Assembly (NCBI RefSeq): GCF_000015145.1
Contig: NC_008818.1
Coordinates: forward strand, 570,001-602,000
DNA from: Hyperthermus butylicus DSM 5456
GTDB lineage: Archaea; Thermoproteota; Thermoprotei_A; Sulfolobales; Pyrodictiaceae
Length of the DNA: 32,000 nt
Reading direction: 5' to 3'
Shown piece after piece: positions 1 through 9,548 of this stretch. Under the pieces are notes generated by a model that had not been told where the DNA came from, searched no databases, and saw only the letters and a list, made by a program, of their open reading frames with translations. How positions within the stretch are numbered: position 1 is the first letter of the stretch; every line of letters begins with the position of its first letter. The translations under genes were made by a program, and so were the position numbers.

Positions 1-2
1 GT

Positions 3-146
3 CCCGAGGAAGAGCTGGAGATGCTAGAGGAGTACAAGAAGATGTTAGAGGAGGACCTCAAGGAGCTACAGGAGGAGCTGAAAAGCGTCGAGGAACGAAT
101 ACGGGAGCTAAGAGAGATAATTAGGCATAGAAGCAGCAAAGCATAG
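3..146 (+). CDS. C-terminal fragment of a coiled-coil protein (DUF5320-like), truncated by the window edge
   Basis: Open frame from base 3 to the TAG at 144-146 reads PEEELEMLEEYKKMLEEDLKELQEELKSVEERIRELREIIRHRSSKA, a charged heptad-rich tail typical of DUF5320-type proteins. It is too short for the ORF track. Confidence 0.6.
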   Translation, partial: PEEELEMLEEYKKMLEEDLKELQEELKSVEERIRELREIIRHRSSKA

Positions 147-684
147 CATAAGGAAACGCTTAACTATAGTATTTTTCGCTCGTGTAATCCTAGTAACAAT
201 GCAAGCTCGTCCCTTCTATATCAGCCCGGCTATCCCAACCCTAACCCATATCTTCGTATCTTCTTACCAAGTGTTCTACATTCTCTATATCATCTGTTGT
301 ATGTTCCCCATGGGCCATCCCTCGTAGAAGAGCATGGTTGTGGTAAGCTAGGAGATTGGTGTAGGAGGGTCGGAAAAGAGCTTGTGGCTGCAGCTCCTGG
401 CTTGGGCTGAATGTGATAGTGGTTGAGGTTGACGGGAGTGTGAGGCTTGCTGGGGCATTGCGATGCCAGGGGATATAGTCAGTGTTGATGGTATGGTGAC
501 ATAGTCCCTAGAGCCGGGGCTGCCGTTGTCTCGGCAGCCTTGGCGATCTTCCTGACTCTCTAGACCTTCGGGCAACAGTTTGTGCTTGTAGGTATAAGTT
601 TCGTGGATGTATTGTGTGCCTTCGGTTTCTGTCGCCAAGCTTATCTTATACGGTTGATGTGTACAGGGCTGCATGGGTGCTTAG

Positions 685-1983
685 ATGGTCTCGGAGGCAC
701 TGTCGCTACTGGTATTCCTAGCAACTATTGTCGCGATAAATGCCAGGATTATCGATGAAACGGTTGTCGCTCTAGTCGGGCTTACAGCGATGGTCGTGCT
801 GGCGGGTTATCGGCCGGATGACGCCTTTCACGCTGTGGACTGGAATGTTATAATGATACTGCTCGGTATGTGGATGATAACAGCCTACCTTAACCGTGCA
901 GGGTTTTCGGAGGCTGTAGTACGTTTCGTCTCTAGGAGGGTTAGGGACTACCGTCTATTCCTGGTATATCTCATGCTCATAGCTGGCTTTATATCGATGT
1001 TCGTCGATAATGTGCTTGTAATCCTCCTCCTAGGCTCAATGGTCATAGAGGCTGCTCGGAGGAATGGGGCGAACATAGGCCTAGCGGTACTCATGATAGG
1101 GTTCTCTGCGAACTTCATGGGTACAGCCTTGTTGATGGGTGATTTGCCGCCTCAGCTTCTCCACAGTGTGGCAGGTGCAGAATTCCTAGACTTCATATGG
1201 AGCCGTGGCAAGCCTAGCAGCTTCCCACTACTCACGATTACATTCCTCGCTGTAACTGGGTTGATGTACTTCCTCTTCATAAGGCGTGAACCTTCGATGC
1301 TCCAGCTGCCAGAGACTAGTAGCAGTGGAGTGGGGGCTGATCGGAGGCTTCTAAACATCTCGGTATTCTTCTTCGCGGCAACCGTAGCCGCTATGGCTCT
1401 AAGGCCCTTGCTCGGCGTGCCCCTGGGCTTCATAACCATTGCTGGTGCCTCGCTGCTAGCACTAACTGTTGAGGTTTGGAGACGGCTAGGAGGCAGAGTA
1501 CCGTCCTTTGAGGAGATTATCGGCGATGTGGAGTGGCGTGCGCTAATGTTCTACGCGCTCCTATTCAGCCTCGTAGGCGGGCTCGAGGAGTCCGGTGTGC
1601 TGCGGCGAGCTGCCGAGCACCTACAACCCTACGTTCAGGCCGGCGGCGTAGCCGCCTATACGGTGTTCTACTGGGTCACCGGGCTTCTATCAACGATGAT
1701 TGAGCATGATGCTCTTCTTCTCACATTCCTCTACATAGTCCGTAATGCTGCAAACCTCGCGGGGGTCGATGCGTGGCCCCTCTACTGGGCCATGGCGTGG
1801 GCTGCAACTCTAGGCAGCAACGCGACGATAGTAGCAGCCCCAGCACTATACGTTGCAGTAACCATGGCCGAGAAGGCGGGCCACAGAATATCACCCAGAG
1901 AGTTCCTACGCTACTCCCTCACATACGCTACAGCCTCGCTAGTCATACACTACCTCCTAACACTACCGCTCTGGGGCACCTAG
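685..1983 (+). CDS. Ion transporter (IT) superfamily permease, ArsB/NhaD/SLC13-like
   Basis: 432 aa with many TM segments. Motifs include DWNVIMILLGMWMITAYLNRAGF, ISMFVDNVLVILLL and ATLGSNATIVAAPALYVAVTMAEKAG. Confidence 0.85.
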   Translation: MVSEALSLLVFLATIVAINARIIDETVVALVGLTAMVVLAGYRPDDAFHAVDWNVIMILLGMWMITAYLNRAGFSEAVVRFVSRRVRDYRLFLVYLMLIAGFISMFVDNVLVILLLGSMVIEAARRNGANIGLAVLMIGFSANFMGTALLMGDLPPQLLHSVAGAEFLDFIWSRGKPSSFPLLTITFLAVTGLMYFLFIRREPSMLQLPETSSSGVGADRRLLNISVFFFAATVAAMALRPLLGVPLGFITIAGASLLALTVEVWRRLGGRVPSFEEIIGDVEWRALMFYALLFSLVGGLEESGVLRRAAEHLQPYVQAGGVAAYTVFYWVTGLLSTMIEHDALLLTFLYIVRNAANLAGVDAWPLYWAMAWAATLGSNATIVAAPALYVAVTMAEKAGHRISPREFLRYSLTYATASLVIHYLLTLPLWGT

Positions 1984-2166
1984 AGGCAGACACGAAGGGC
2001 TCAAGAGGTGGGTAGCGGCCGTCGCCGGCTCGGCGCCAGCCCATCCCGGGGAGGGCCGTGGACGGCCCCGTAGCTGGCGCCCAGCCCCGACGTCCCCGCG
2101 TAGCTATAGCATCTTATCAACATACTCCTCGAGGAGGTTGCAAGCAGCCCCATTGCTGGAGCTGTA

Positions 2167-3055
2167 TTACAGCGTGGCCCGATGCGCGAATATCCACGGT
2201 CTAGCTCTTAGGGCTCTATAGCCGAGCCGCGCATAGACCCTTATGGCTGGCTTGTTGCCTGCCTCAACATGCAGCAGGGGCTTAGCACCACAGGCTAGGG
2301 CTCTAGCCGTAACCGTACTCGTGACGGCCTTTGCTAAGCCTCGTCCACGGTATTCCGGCCTCGTGTAGACGTTGCCTATGAGCCATATATCGTGCATCCG
2401 GATGTATGTACATGCTATGGAGGCTAGAACGCCCTCGACGTAGGCGCCATAGCAGCCCAGAGTTCTGAGCAGCCTCGAGGCCTCTTCGGGGCTTAGCTTC
2501 CTGCCACGGGTGGCCTCAACCTCTGCATAGTCTGCTGCATGCTGCTCCCCAAGCTCTACCACGCGTACGCCCGGGGCATGGTAGGGCTTGAAGAGTCTGG
2601 GCGAGTCTATGGCCATGTCAATATAGGTTTTCCCCCTGGCATTGTAGCCGTTGTGCTCGAGTACAGCCTTGAAGCCCCAGCTGAGCCTTGTCGAGGAGCC
2701 GTGAAGCTGCACAATGATACTTCCATACTTGTCGCTAAGCCTCTGGAGAAGGGAGTTCAAGTGTTCGGGCCTAGCATTCCAACAACGTGTATGAATAGTT
2801 TATCTCTGCTAGCCCTATAGGCTACAACGTAGCCTACAAGGGAGCCTTCATCCCTGCTAGGAGGACGCCTGTGGTCGCATCTGGGTGGTAGACTAGGTCG
2901 TAGACAGCATAGAAGTGTGTAAACGGGTCACCACGGTATAGGCGGAAGAGCCCAGTGACGAGCCGTGAGCTAGCCTCCTCCAGCCATACAGTCTCCAAGA
3001 CAAATTGTACCCCAGCTCCCGGAGGGTCCACACTTGGACTGCTAGTCCAGTGCAA
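2167..3055 (-). pseudogene. GNAT-family N-acetyltransferase disrupted by two frameshifts
   Basis: Three consecutive minus-strand frames join into one GNAT protein: ORF 3055..2834 (VLETVWLEEASSRLVTGLFRLYRGDPFTHFYAVYDLVYHPDATTGVLLAG), then 2852..2757 (DEGSLVGYVVAYRASRDKLFIHVVGMLG), then 2760..2167 (...HLNSLLQRLSDKYGSIIVQLHG... IGNVYTRPEYRGRGLAKAVTSTV...NKPAIRVYARLGYRA). The last part holds the acetyl-CoA binding motif. Confidence 0.7.
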
Positions 3056-3752
3056 CGGGTAAGTCTGTGTTGTAGAGCCTTACACCATGCTGCTCGGGGT
3101 CAAAATCCATGCCCACCGCCTTTACCAGCACCCCAGCCCTGGTAGCCCTGGCTATGAGACCCGGTATCTCCGGGTCTCCTTCAGGGTTTGGCTTAAACCT
3201 CCTAGCGCCGGGTAGTGCGGCGATGAAGACCAAGGCTACACGATAGCCTCGGCTGGCATGCTCTATGAGTTCGCGTATGTGCCTCCGTCCACGAGGCGTG
3301 GGGCAATCCGGGTACATAGCCGTGGCGTTGGGACCCATTAGCACTGCGCTCTTAGTCTCAACGTATACCCTCCCATCCCTACAGTCCAGCAGGAGGTCGA
3401 GCACCGAGGAGCCAAGCCGGGGCCTCCAGCTGGCAACCCTGCAGCTCCTCAGCCAGGGTATGAGGCCTAGCTCCACCGCCCTGGCGAATGCTTCTTCCTG
3501 GAGCCTCGTATCGATAACCGCGAAGCCGCCAGCATACTCTACCGCAAAGAGCCGGTAGCGGGTCCTACCAGGCCTCTCCAAGGGCCTACAGAGCCCAAGG
3601 CGACCGGGCACAAGCACGTCGAGGAGGCGACCAGTATTCGTGTTATGGGCTAGTATGTGTTCTCCTTCAGCTTCAACCTCTACAACGAAGCGATTAACCC
3701 TCCTTAAAATCCTGCACTCAACATATGCCGGAATCGTAGCCACGATATCCAA
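3042..3752 (-). CDS. sfsA: SfsA family DNA/RNA nuclease-like protein (sugar fermentation stimulation protein homolog)
   Basis: 236 aa with the SfsA motifs FVVEVEAEGEHILAHNTNTGRLLDVLVPGR, DLLLDCRDGRVYVETKSAVL, MYPDCPTPRGRRHIRELIEH and VLVKAVGMDFD-like C-terminus. Confidence 0.9.
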   Translation of the reverse strand: MDIVATIPAYVECRILRRVNRFVVEVEAEGEHILAHNTNTGRLLDVLVPGRLGLCRPLERPGRTRYRLFAVEYAGGFAVIDTRLQEEAFARAVELGLIPWLRSCRVASWRPRLGSSVLDLLLDCRDGRVYVETKSAVLMGPNATAMYPDCPTPRGRRHIRELIEHASRGYRVALVFIAALPGARRFKPNPEGDPEIPGLIARATRAGVLVKAVGMDFDPEQHGVRLYNTDLPVALD

Positions 3753-3954
3753 GTATTCCCCTCCACGTGGGACCTATAGAGGCGCCAGATTTTAGGTTAT
3801 GAAGCTGATACAAGCGCGACCATTCCTGGAGGATAGGCTTAAGGGCAGGGAGTATCACTACTAATAGAAAGAAAGGTGTAGGATGGACTCCGGTAGCCTC
3901 CCCAGAACTAACCCGTAACCGCCATGGAGGCTGGGCCCGCTGGACTGGAGGTGA

Positions 3955-4329
3955 ATGAATGTGCAAGTTCTCCGTCGAACACAACACGGCGATATGAGGA
4001 AGGAGCTCCGGGTTAGGCTTGGCTGGGGCCTCGTTGCTGTTGTGGGCTACATCCTCAGCCCACTGTCGTGGTGGAATGACCTCTTTGTAAACATCCCACT
4101 CGCTATACTTGCCGGAAAGCTCTTTGAGCTAGCTGGTCTCCGCTTCGTGTACGGGTTCTACCTGGGATACCTGCTAACGAACATTGCAGGCATGGTGCTA
4201 CTAGTGCTCGGTGTTGGAGGTGCCGTGAAGGGCTATGCTAACCGTCGCGAGCTAGTGAAAGTCATACTGATTGCAGCAATCTATTCCACAGCGGTATACC
4301 CAGTGCTGGTAGCACTAGGACTCGCATAA
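3955..4329 (+). CDS. Small membrane protein of unknown function (about 4 TM)
   Basis: 124 aa with alternating hydrophobic segments such as WGLVAVVGYILSPLSWWNDLFVNIPLAILAG. No overlapping competing gene. Confidence 0.7.
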   Translation: MNVQVLRRTQHGDMRKELRVRLGWGLVAVVGYILSPLSWWNDLFVNIPLAILAGKLFELAGLRFVYGFYLGYLLTNIAGMVLLVLGVGGAVKGYANRRELVKVILIAAIYSTAVYPVLVALGLA

Positions 4330-4345
4330 CGATACGCGTAACATG

Positions 4346-5245
4346 CTAATCTCTCCTAAGAGCTCTTGTGTATATCTCGTATGCCCTGGGCTGTAGCTCT
4401 AGTAATGGGAGCTGCTTACGCACCTCATTAATGTAGTCCAGGTCTACATCGACCTCGGCGTAGCCCGGCTCGGATCCCAGGTCGAGCCTTACAACACCCA
4501 TTGGGTCTACGAGTATGCTGCGTCCAGTGAAGTGCGGCCCAGTCATCGAGGCTACTGCAAGGTAAACTGTGTTTTCGAGAGCTCTAGACCTAGCAGTGAC
4601 GAGGAGATGCTCCTCTTTGAGATTCCCACGGTACCAGGCAGCTGGTACTGCTACAAGCTCTGCGCCACGGAGAGCCAGGCTGCGAGCCAGCTCGGGAAAG
4701 CGCAGCTCAAAACACACGATAAACCCAACCCGAACCCCCCTCACCTCGAGGACCGGCGGCGGCTGCTCACCCCGGCAAAGGCTCTTTGACTCCCTCACGC
4801 CCAGCGCGTCAAAGAGCACTGTCTTCCTGTAAACCACTTGCACCTCCTTGCCCGGCTCCACCATCACTATGGAGCTGTAGGCGCAGTCCCCGCTCCGCTC
4901 AAGGAACCCCGAGACTATCACAGCCGTATACTCGGATGAAATTTCCTCGAGAAACCTTATGAATGGAGAGTCTTTGGGATTCTCAGCCCGAGCCCTTACC
5001 TCGGCTGCACGGAGCCCAGCAGGATACACATTACCGTATTCGGGTAGCACTATAATGTCGGCCTCGACACGGTAGCGGGAGAGGAGTCTTCGGAGCCTCT
5101 CTCCACTCTCAATCCCGCTGCGCCCAGCCTCAAACTGGGCTAGGCCAAGCCTAACCCGCGCCACTACACAGCACCACATAATAAAGGCATGCGTTGTGAG
5201 GAATTTCTCTCCAGCTCCAGCCCCTAAGAGGCTATGTAGCAGCAA
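4346..5245 (-). CDS. Carbon-nitrogen hydrolase (nitrilase/omega-amidase superfamily)
   Basis: Catalytic triad contexts are present: ADIIVLPEYGN (Glu), VYRKTVLFD (Lys), VGFIVCFELRFPELARSLALRGAELVAVPAAW (Cys). The true start is probably an internal one near VARVRLGLAQFEA. Confidence 0.9.
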   Translation of the reverse strand: MLLHSLLGAGAGEKFLTTHAFIMWCCVVARVRLGLAQFEAGRSGIESGERLRRLLSRYRVEADIIVLPEYGNVYPAGLRAAEVRARAENPKDSPFIRFLEEISSEYTAVIVSGFLERSGDCAYSSIVMVEPGKEVQVVYRKTVLFDALGVRESKSLCRGEQPPPVLEVRGVRVGFIVCFELRFPELARSLALRGAELVAVPAAWYRGNLKEEHLLVTARSRALENTVYLAVASMTGPHFTGRSILVDPMGVVRLDLGSEPGYAEVDVDLDYINEVRKQLPLLELQPRAYEIYTRALRRD

Positions 5246-5335
5246 GTATTTATGAAAGAGCTGTAACAGTTACAGATAAGGTCTTCATCTTAGCATCCTA
5301 CGCGGGCCCCGCTAGGCTGGAGGCAAGAAACCACC

Positions 5336-5551
5336 ATGGCCCTACAGGGCTCCGAGAAGCTTCTCACAATGCTGTCCATCCTGTTCATAGCAGGGTATGT
5401 TGGTATAAACACTGTAGCGCCCCTCCCGGGACTCCTTGCCGCGAAGAAACTTGCAGCTGGGCATGTACCACTCCCAGCAGTAGTTCCCGCCGTAGCACTG
5501 CTAGCAGCCCACCGGACAGCAAGCTCTACAAACAATACTAAGGGCGTGTAG
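5336..5551 (+). CDS. Possible small membrane protein
   Basis: 71 aa with one or two hydrophobic segments (MLSILFIAGYVGINTVAPLPGLLA). An ORF on the opposite strand competes, so coding status is uncertain. Confidence 0.3.
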   Translation: MALQGSEKLLTMLSILFIAGYVGINTVAPLPGLLAAKKLAAGHVPLPAVVPAVALLAAHRTASSTNNTKGV

Positions 5552-5569
5552 CTCCCAGATGGCGGTGTT

Positions 5570-6070
5570 CTAGCGGCTGCGTAGTGTAGCTACTACTACC
5601 AGCTCTAAGATGCTGGCTATGAGGAGGACTATGAAGCCTATAATGATTATAGTTAGTATTGCACCGTACCAGTAGAGTTTCCCGGTCAGCCTTGCGAGGC
5701 CCTCGTCCCCGTATCTGGCTAGGATCTCCATTAGCCTTCTCCGGTAGTATCCCATTGCGAGCATGGAGATGTAGAGTAGGACGAGGCCAGCAATTATCGC
5801 AGTGCCAAAACCCGGCGGTCCGGCGAGCAGGCCAGCGAATATCGAGCCGAGCCCCATTACGAGCACGGCAACTACTACGCCAGCCAGGAAGCCTACCGTG
5901 GAGATAAGCGCATAGCGAAGTATCTCGCTCTGCTCGTAGTACGAGGCTAAGCCGTACATGCCTACAAGGTACAGTACGAGTCCGATAATAGCTGCTGAAG
6001 GATGTCCAGAACTCAGGAGGGATACAATGATGCCAGCAATAACCAGGAGCTTTGCAAGATTGAGATTCAA
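5570..6070 (-). CDS. DUF996-like archaeal membrane protein
   Basis: 166 aa, four or five TM segments; GLVLYLVGMYGLASYYEQSEILRYALISTVGFLAG resembles DUF996 proteins. Confidence 0.65.
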   Translation of the reverse strand: MNLNLAKLLVIAGIIVSLLSSGHPSAAIIGLVLYLVGMYGLASYYEQSEILRYALISTVGFLAGVVVAVLVMGLGSIFAGLLAGPPGFGTAIIAGLVLLYISMLAMGYYRRRLMEILARYGDEGLARLTGKLYWYGAILTIIIIGFIVLLIASILELVVVATLRSR

Positions 6071-6154
6071 TGTTATACACCAGCCTCCAGCAAGCTACTG
6101 GTGTAGTTGTTATAGCCTAAGGGGAGAAAATAATGTATAGTCCTTAGCTGTGGG

Positions 6155-7186
6155 CTATCTGTAGAGCCAACATGCAACCCAGTGGCCGCGCTCGGCCTCG
6201 ACGAGTGGTGGCTCCTCCCTCCTACACCTTTCGCTGGCGTAGGGGCAACGTGTATGGAACCGGCATCCGGGTGGCGGGTTGATGGGGGAGGGAGGCTCGC
6301 CTACTATTCTTATCGGCTTCTTTGCCCGGGCCTTGGCGGGATCAGGTATGGGTATGGAGGCTAGTAGCATCTTGGTGTAGGGATGTAGCGGTTTTTCAAA
6401 CACCTCCTCTGCAGGGCCGAGCTCGACTATCTTGCCCAGGTACATGACTGCTATGTAATCGCTCATGTACCTCACGACGCCGAGATCGTGGCTTATGAAG
6501 AGGTATGTCAGTTTCCTCTTTGCCTGCAACTCTTTTAGGAGGTTTAGTATCTGAGCCTGCACCGATACGTCGAGAGCGCTTGTGGGCTCGTCAAGCACCA
6601 TGAACTCAGGGTTTACCGCGAGAGCCCTTGCGATAGCTATTCTCTGCCTCTGCCCGCCGCTAAACTCGTGGGGGTAACGGTAGACGTGGGTCTCGTTGAG
6701 CCCAACCTCCTCTAGTAGCTTCACAATGTATGCGTAGGGGTCTCCAACCTCTACCCGGTGGACCTTCAATGCCTCCATGATTATGTCGTAAACGGTCATC
6801 CTTGGGTTGAGGCTGCTATATGGGTCCTGGAATATCATCTGCGCCTTCTTCCGGAATGCTTTAAGCTCCTTACCTCTCAGCTCGAAGACGTTCCGTCCAT
6901 CAAAGAACACGTAGCCACTTGTCGGCTCTATGAGGCGTAGAATAAGCCTACCAATAGTCGTCTTGCCGCTGCCGCTCTCCCCTACAAGCCCAATGGTCTT
7001 GCCGCGTGGAATAATGAACGAGACATCATCTACGGCCTTGACCCAGCCACTAACCCTGATGAACCCCCTTACAGGGAAGTACTTCTTAAGCCTATAGACA
7101 AGTACGTGGGGTTCCTCGCCTGGAAACATTCTTGCAAGGCTGTTGACAGCTTCTCTGTATACCTCCCCACTATTGCCGCGAGCCAC
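6155..7186 (-). CDS. dppF: Peptide ABC transporter ATP-binding protein, OppF/DppF type
   Basis: Walker [14 protein letters not shown]-loop [16 protein letters not shown], signature [15 protein letters not shown], Walker [13 protein letters not shown], and C-terminal Cys-rich [14 protein letters not shown]. Confidence 0.95.
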   Translation of the reverse strand: MARGNSGEVYREAVNSLARMFPGEEPHVLVYRLKKYFPVRGFIRVSGWVKAVDDVSFIIPRGKTIGLVGESGSGKTTIGRLILRLIEPTSGYVFFDGRNVFELRGKELKAFRKKAQMIFQDPYSSLNPRMTVYDIIMEALKVHRVEVGDPYAYIVKLLEEVGLNETHVYRYPHEFSGGQRQRIAIARALAVNPEFMVLDEPTSALDVSVQAQILNLLKELQAKRKLTYLFISHDLGVVRYMSDYIAVMYLGKIVELGPAEEVFEKPLHPYTKMLLASIPIPDPAKARAKKPIRIVGEPPSPINPPPGCRFHTRCPYASERCRREEPPLVEAERGHWVACWLYR

Positions 7187-7281
7187 CTATACGGCACCTC
7201 ACACGGCTTAGAGACTCAAGTTGGGGGGCCCGGCACAGCCTTATATACATCATACAACCCGAAGGCTTAGCGTAAATAAAA

Positions 7282-8319
7282 TCAATGGATAAGCCTGGCT
7301 GGGTTGGGATGTTTGTCTATGTATCTCCAGCAGGCTACGCGGTGCCTCTCGTTAACCCATATCTCCGGCGGCCTATCCTGACGACAGATCTCTGCCATGT
7401 AGGGACATCGTGGATGGAATCTGCAGCCCGGCGGCGGGTGAATGAGGTTGGGCACAGTGCCCGGTATTGATTCCAGCTTCTCTATCTTCTTCGTGGGGTC
7501 CGGTACCGCCCTTAGGAGGAGCTGAGTGTAAGGGTGCAGAGGGTTGCTGAACAGCTCCTCTGTGGGTGCCTCCTCTACTATGATGCCAGCATACATTACT
7601 GCAACTCGGTCGCACATCTCTGCTACGAGGCCCATGTTGTGTGTGATGAGTAGCAGGGTTAGACCCTCCCTCCTCTTGAGCTCGCGTAGCAGCTCCATTA
7701 TCTGAGCTTGAATAGTCACGTCTAGCGCTGTCGTAGGTTCATCGGCTATTATTAGCTTGGGATTGTTTGCAAGGCTCATGCTTATCACTGCTCTCTGCTT
7801 CATCCCGCCGCTCAGCTCGTGGGGGTAAGACTTCACCCTCCTCTCCGGGTCTGGTATCAACGTCTTCTTCAAGAGCTCCACGGCCCTTGTGAAGCCCTCC
7901 TTTATCTTCTTTATCATGTCATGTACAAGCATGGTCTCCGAGATCTGGTAGCCAATAGTGTATAGTGGGTCTAGCGCTGAGCCTGGATCCTGGAAGATGT
8001 ATGCTATCTCAGCACCCCTTATGCGGCGTAGCTCCTCCTCACTCAGCCTCATAATGTCTATCCTCTTGCCCGGCTCTGGGTAGTAGTATATCTCGCCCTT
8101 CTCAATCCTACCAGGAGGTTGTATGAGCCTCGTTAGCGCCCTAGAGGTTACACTCTTGCCGCAGCCGGTCTCGCCAACCAGGCAGTACGTCTCGCCCCTC
8201 TCTATGCAGAAGCTTACACCGTAGATCGCCTTGACTACGCCGGCATACGTGTAGAAGTTGACGTACAGGTCGCGAACCTCGACTATGGGGTCCCGGCAGC
8301 GAAGCATACCGCCACCCAT
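7282..8319 (-). CDS. dppD: Peptide ABC transporter ATP-binding protein, OppD/DppD type
   Basis: Walker A LVGETGCGKSVTSRAL, signature LSGGMKQRAVISMSLA, Walker B LIIADEPTTALDVTIQAQI, and CRFHPRCPYMAEIC. The track ORF starts at 8361, but the ATG at 8319 (MGGGMLRCRDP) directly after the dppC stop is more plausible. Confidence 0.95.
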   Translation of the reverse strand: MGGGMLRCRDPIVEVRDLYVNFYTYAGVVKAIYGVSFCIERGETYCLVGETGCGKSVTSRALTRLIQPPGRIEKGEIYYYPEPGKRIDIMRLSEEELRRIRGAEIAYIFQDPGSALDPLYTIGYQISETMLVHDMIKKIKEGFTRAVELLKKTLIPDPERRVKSYPHELSGGMKQRAVISMSLANNPKLIIADEPTTALDVTIQAQIMELLRELKRREGLTLLLITHNMGLVAEMCDRVAVMYAGIIVEEAPTEELFSNPLHPYTQLLLRAVPDPTKKIEKLESIPGTVPNLIHPPPGCRFHPRCPYMAEICRQDRPPEIWVNERHRVACWRYIDKHPNPARLIH

Positions 8320-8320
8320 T

Positions 8321-9532
8321 TCACTCGCCACCCCCACCAGCTGCCTCTTCCTCAGCCTCAACCACCTTCTTCACCTTGAACTCTATGCTCCTCCTAGTCC
8401 TAGGGTCTAGTATGTCTCTCAGAGCGTCGCCGAGCAAGTTGAAGCCGAAGACTGTGAGGAATATCATTAAGCCTGGCCAGAATATTAGCCACCAAGCTCG
8501 GGGGAAGTACTGGGCTCCGTCGAATATTATCCTGCCCCAGTCAGCTAGCGGCGGGACAACACCTAGGCCTAGGTAGCTTAGTCCAGCCTCCGTGAGTATA
8601 ACACCACCCATGTCCATCGTTACGTATACTAGTACAGGGCCAATCATGTTTGGCAATATGTGGCGGAACATTATGCCTAGAGTGGAGACGCCTAGAGCCC
8701 TTGCAGCCTCAACGTAAGTGTTCTCCCTTACACTAAGCACCATGCCGCGCACGAGCCTCGTATAGGATGGCCACCATACCATCCAGAGTGCAATTATTAC
8801 AGATGCCAGGCTGGCAAGTGCGGGCTCATGCTCAGGCTTGACAGCGAATAGGTAGCGTAAGATGGTAGCAATGTTCGGGTACTGCTCGAAGACCCCTTGC
8901 AGCGCGTAGGGTAGCGTTGCTGAGAAGGCTATAGCTAGTATTAGCCCTGGGAACGCGAGGAATATATCGGTAATCCTCATTATAACCTCGTCAACAGCGC
9001 CGCCATAGTAGCCTGCAACGAGCCCCAACAGTATACCTATGGTTGCGCCTACGCTAACTACAAGTATTGCGACGACAAGACTTGTACGTGCACCATAGAG
9101 TATCCTGCTGTAAAGGTCTCTACCAAAGTTATCCGAGCCAAGTATGAATGTGAAGTTGCCGGGCTCCAGCCCTACCCTACGACAGTATGTGCTATTTCGT
9201 ATCTCGATAGTTGTACCTGGAGGCGCTAGCTTGGATTCAAACTCGCCAGGCTTCTTGGTCTTCTCGCAGAAGATAAACTGGGTATCGTAGCTTACCGGGG
9301 CGATGTATGGCCCAATGATTGCAAGTATTACAAATGCAGCTACCAGCACGAGGCCAGTAAGGCCTAGAGGTGAACGGTTGAGCGTGTATAGCATTAGCTT
9401 CCACTCCTCGAGCCGGCCCTGGTTCTTCAGCTTCCAGCCAGGCCTAACACGGTCTATGACTATTGCAAGCCCATCAACCAGCTTGTCAGCAAGCCTATCG
9501 AGGATCTTCTTCTCGTACACGTACTCGGGCAT
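8321..9532 (-). CDS. dppC: Peptide ABC transporter permease, OppC/DppC type
   Basis: 403 aa with LGSDNFGRDLYSRILYGARTSL, EAARALGVSTLGIMFRHILPN and LSYLGLGVVPPLADWG. Confidence 0.95.
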   Translation of the reverse strand: MPEYVYEKKILDRLADKLVDGLAIVIDRVRPGWKLKNQGRLEEWKLMLYTLNRSPLGLTGLVLVAAFVILAIIGPYIAPVSYDTQFIFCEKTKKPGEFESKLAPPGTTIEIRNSTYCRRVGLEPGNFTFILGSDNFGRDLYSRILYGARTSLVVAILVVSVGATIGILLGLVAGYYGGAVDEVIMRITDIFLAFPGLILAIAFSATLPYALQGVFEQYPNIATILRYLFAVKPEHEPALASLASVIIALWMVWWPSYTRLVRGMVLSVRENTYVEAARALGVSTLGIMFRHILPNMIGPVLVYVTMDMGGVILTEAGLSYLGLGVVPPLADWGRIIFDGAQYFPRAWWLIFWPGLMIFLTVFGFNLLGDALRDILDPRTRRSIEFKVKKVVEAEEEAAGGGGE

Positions 9533-9548
9533 GTGTATTCACCTCCCT

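Noticed and set aside
348-674. 108-aa minus-strand ORF MQPCTHQPYKISLATETEG...
   Set aside because: The Ser/His/Cys-rich, unstructured composition and lack of any family-like motif make it unlikely to be coding. The region may hold a decayed gene, but I could not identify one.
2539-2820. Plus-strand ORF overlapping the GNAT gene and the first frameshifted gap
   Set aside because: It lacks family-like motifs, and the minus strand encodes recognisable GNAT sequence throughout.
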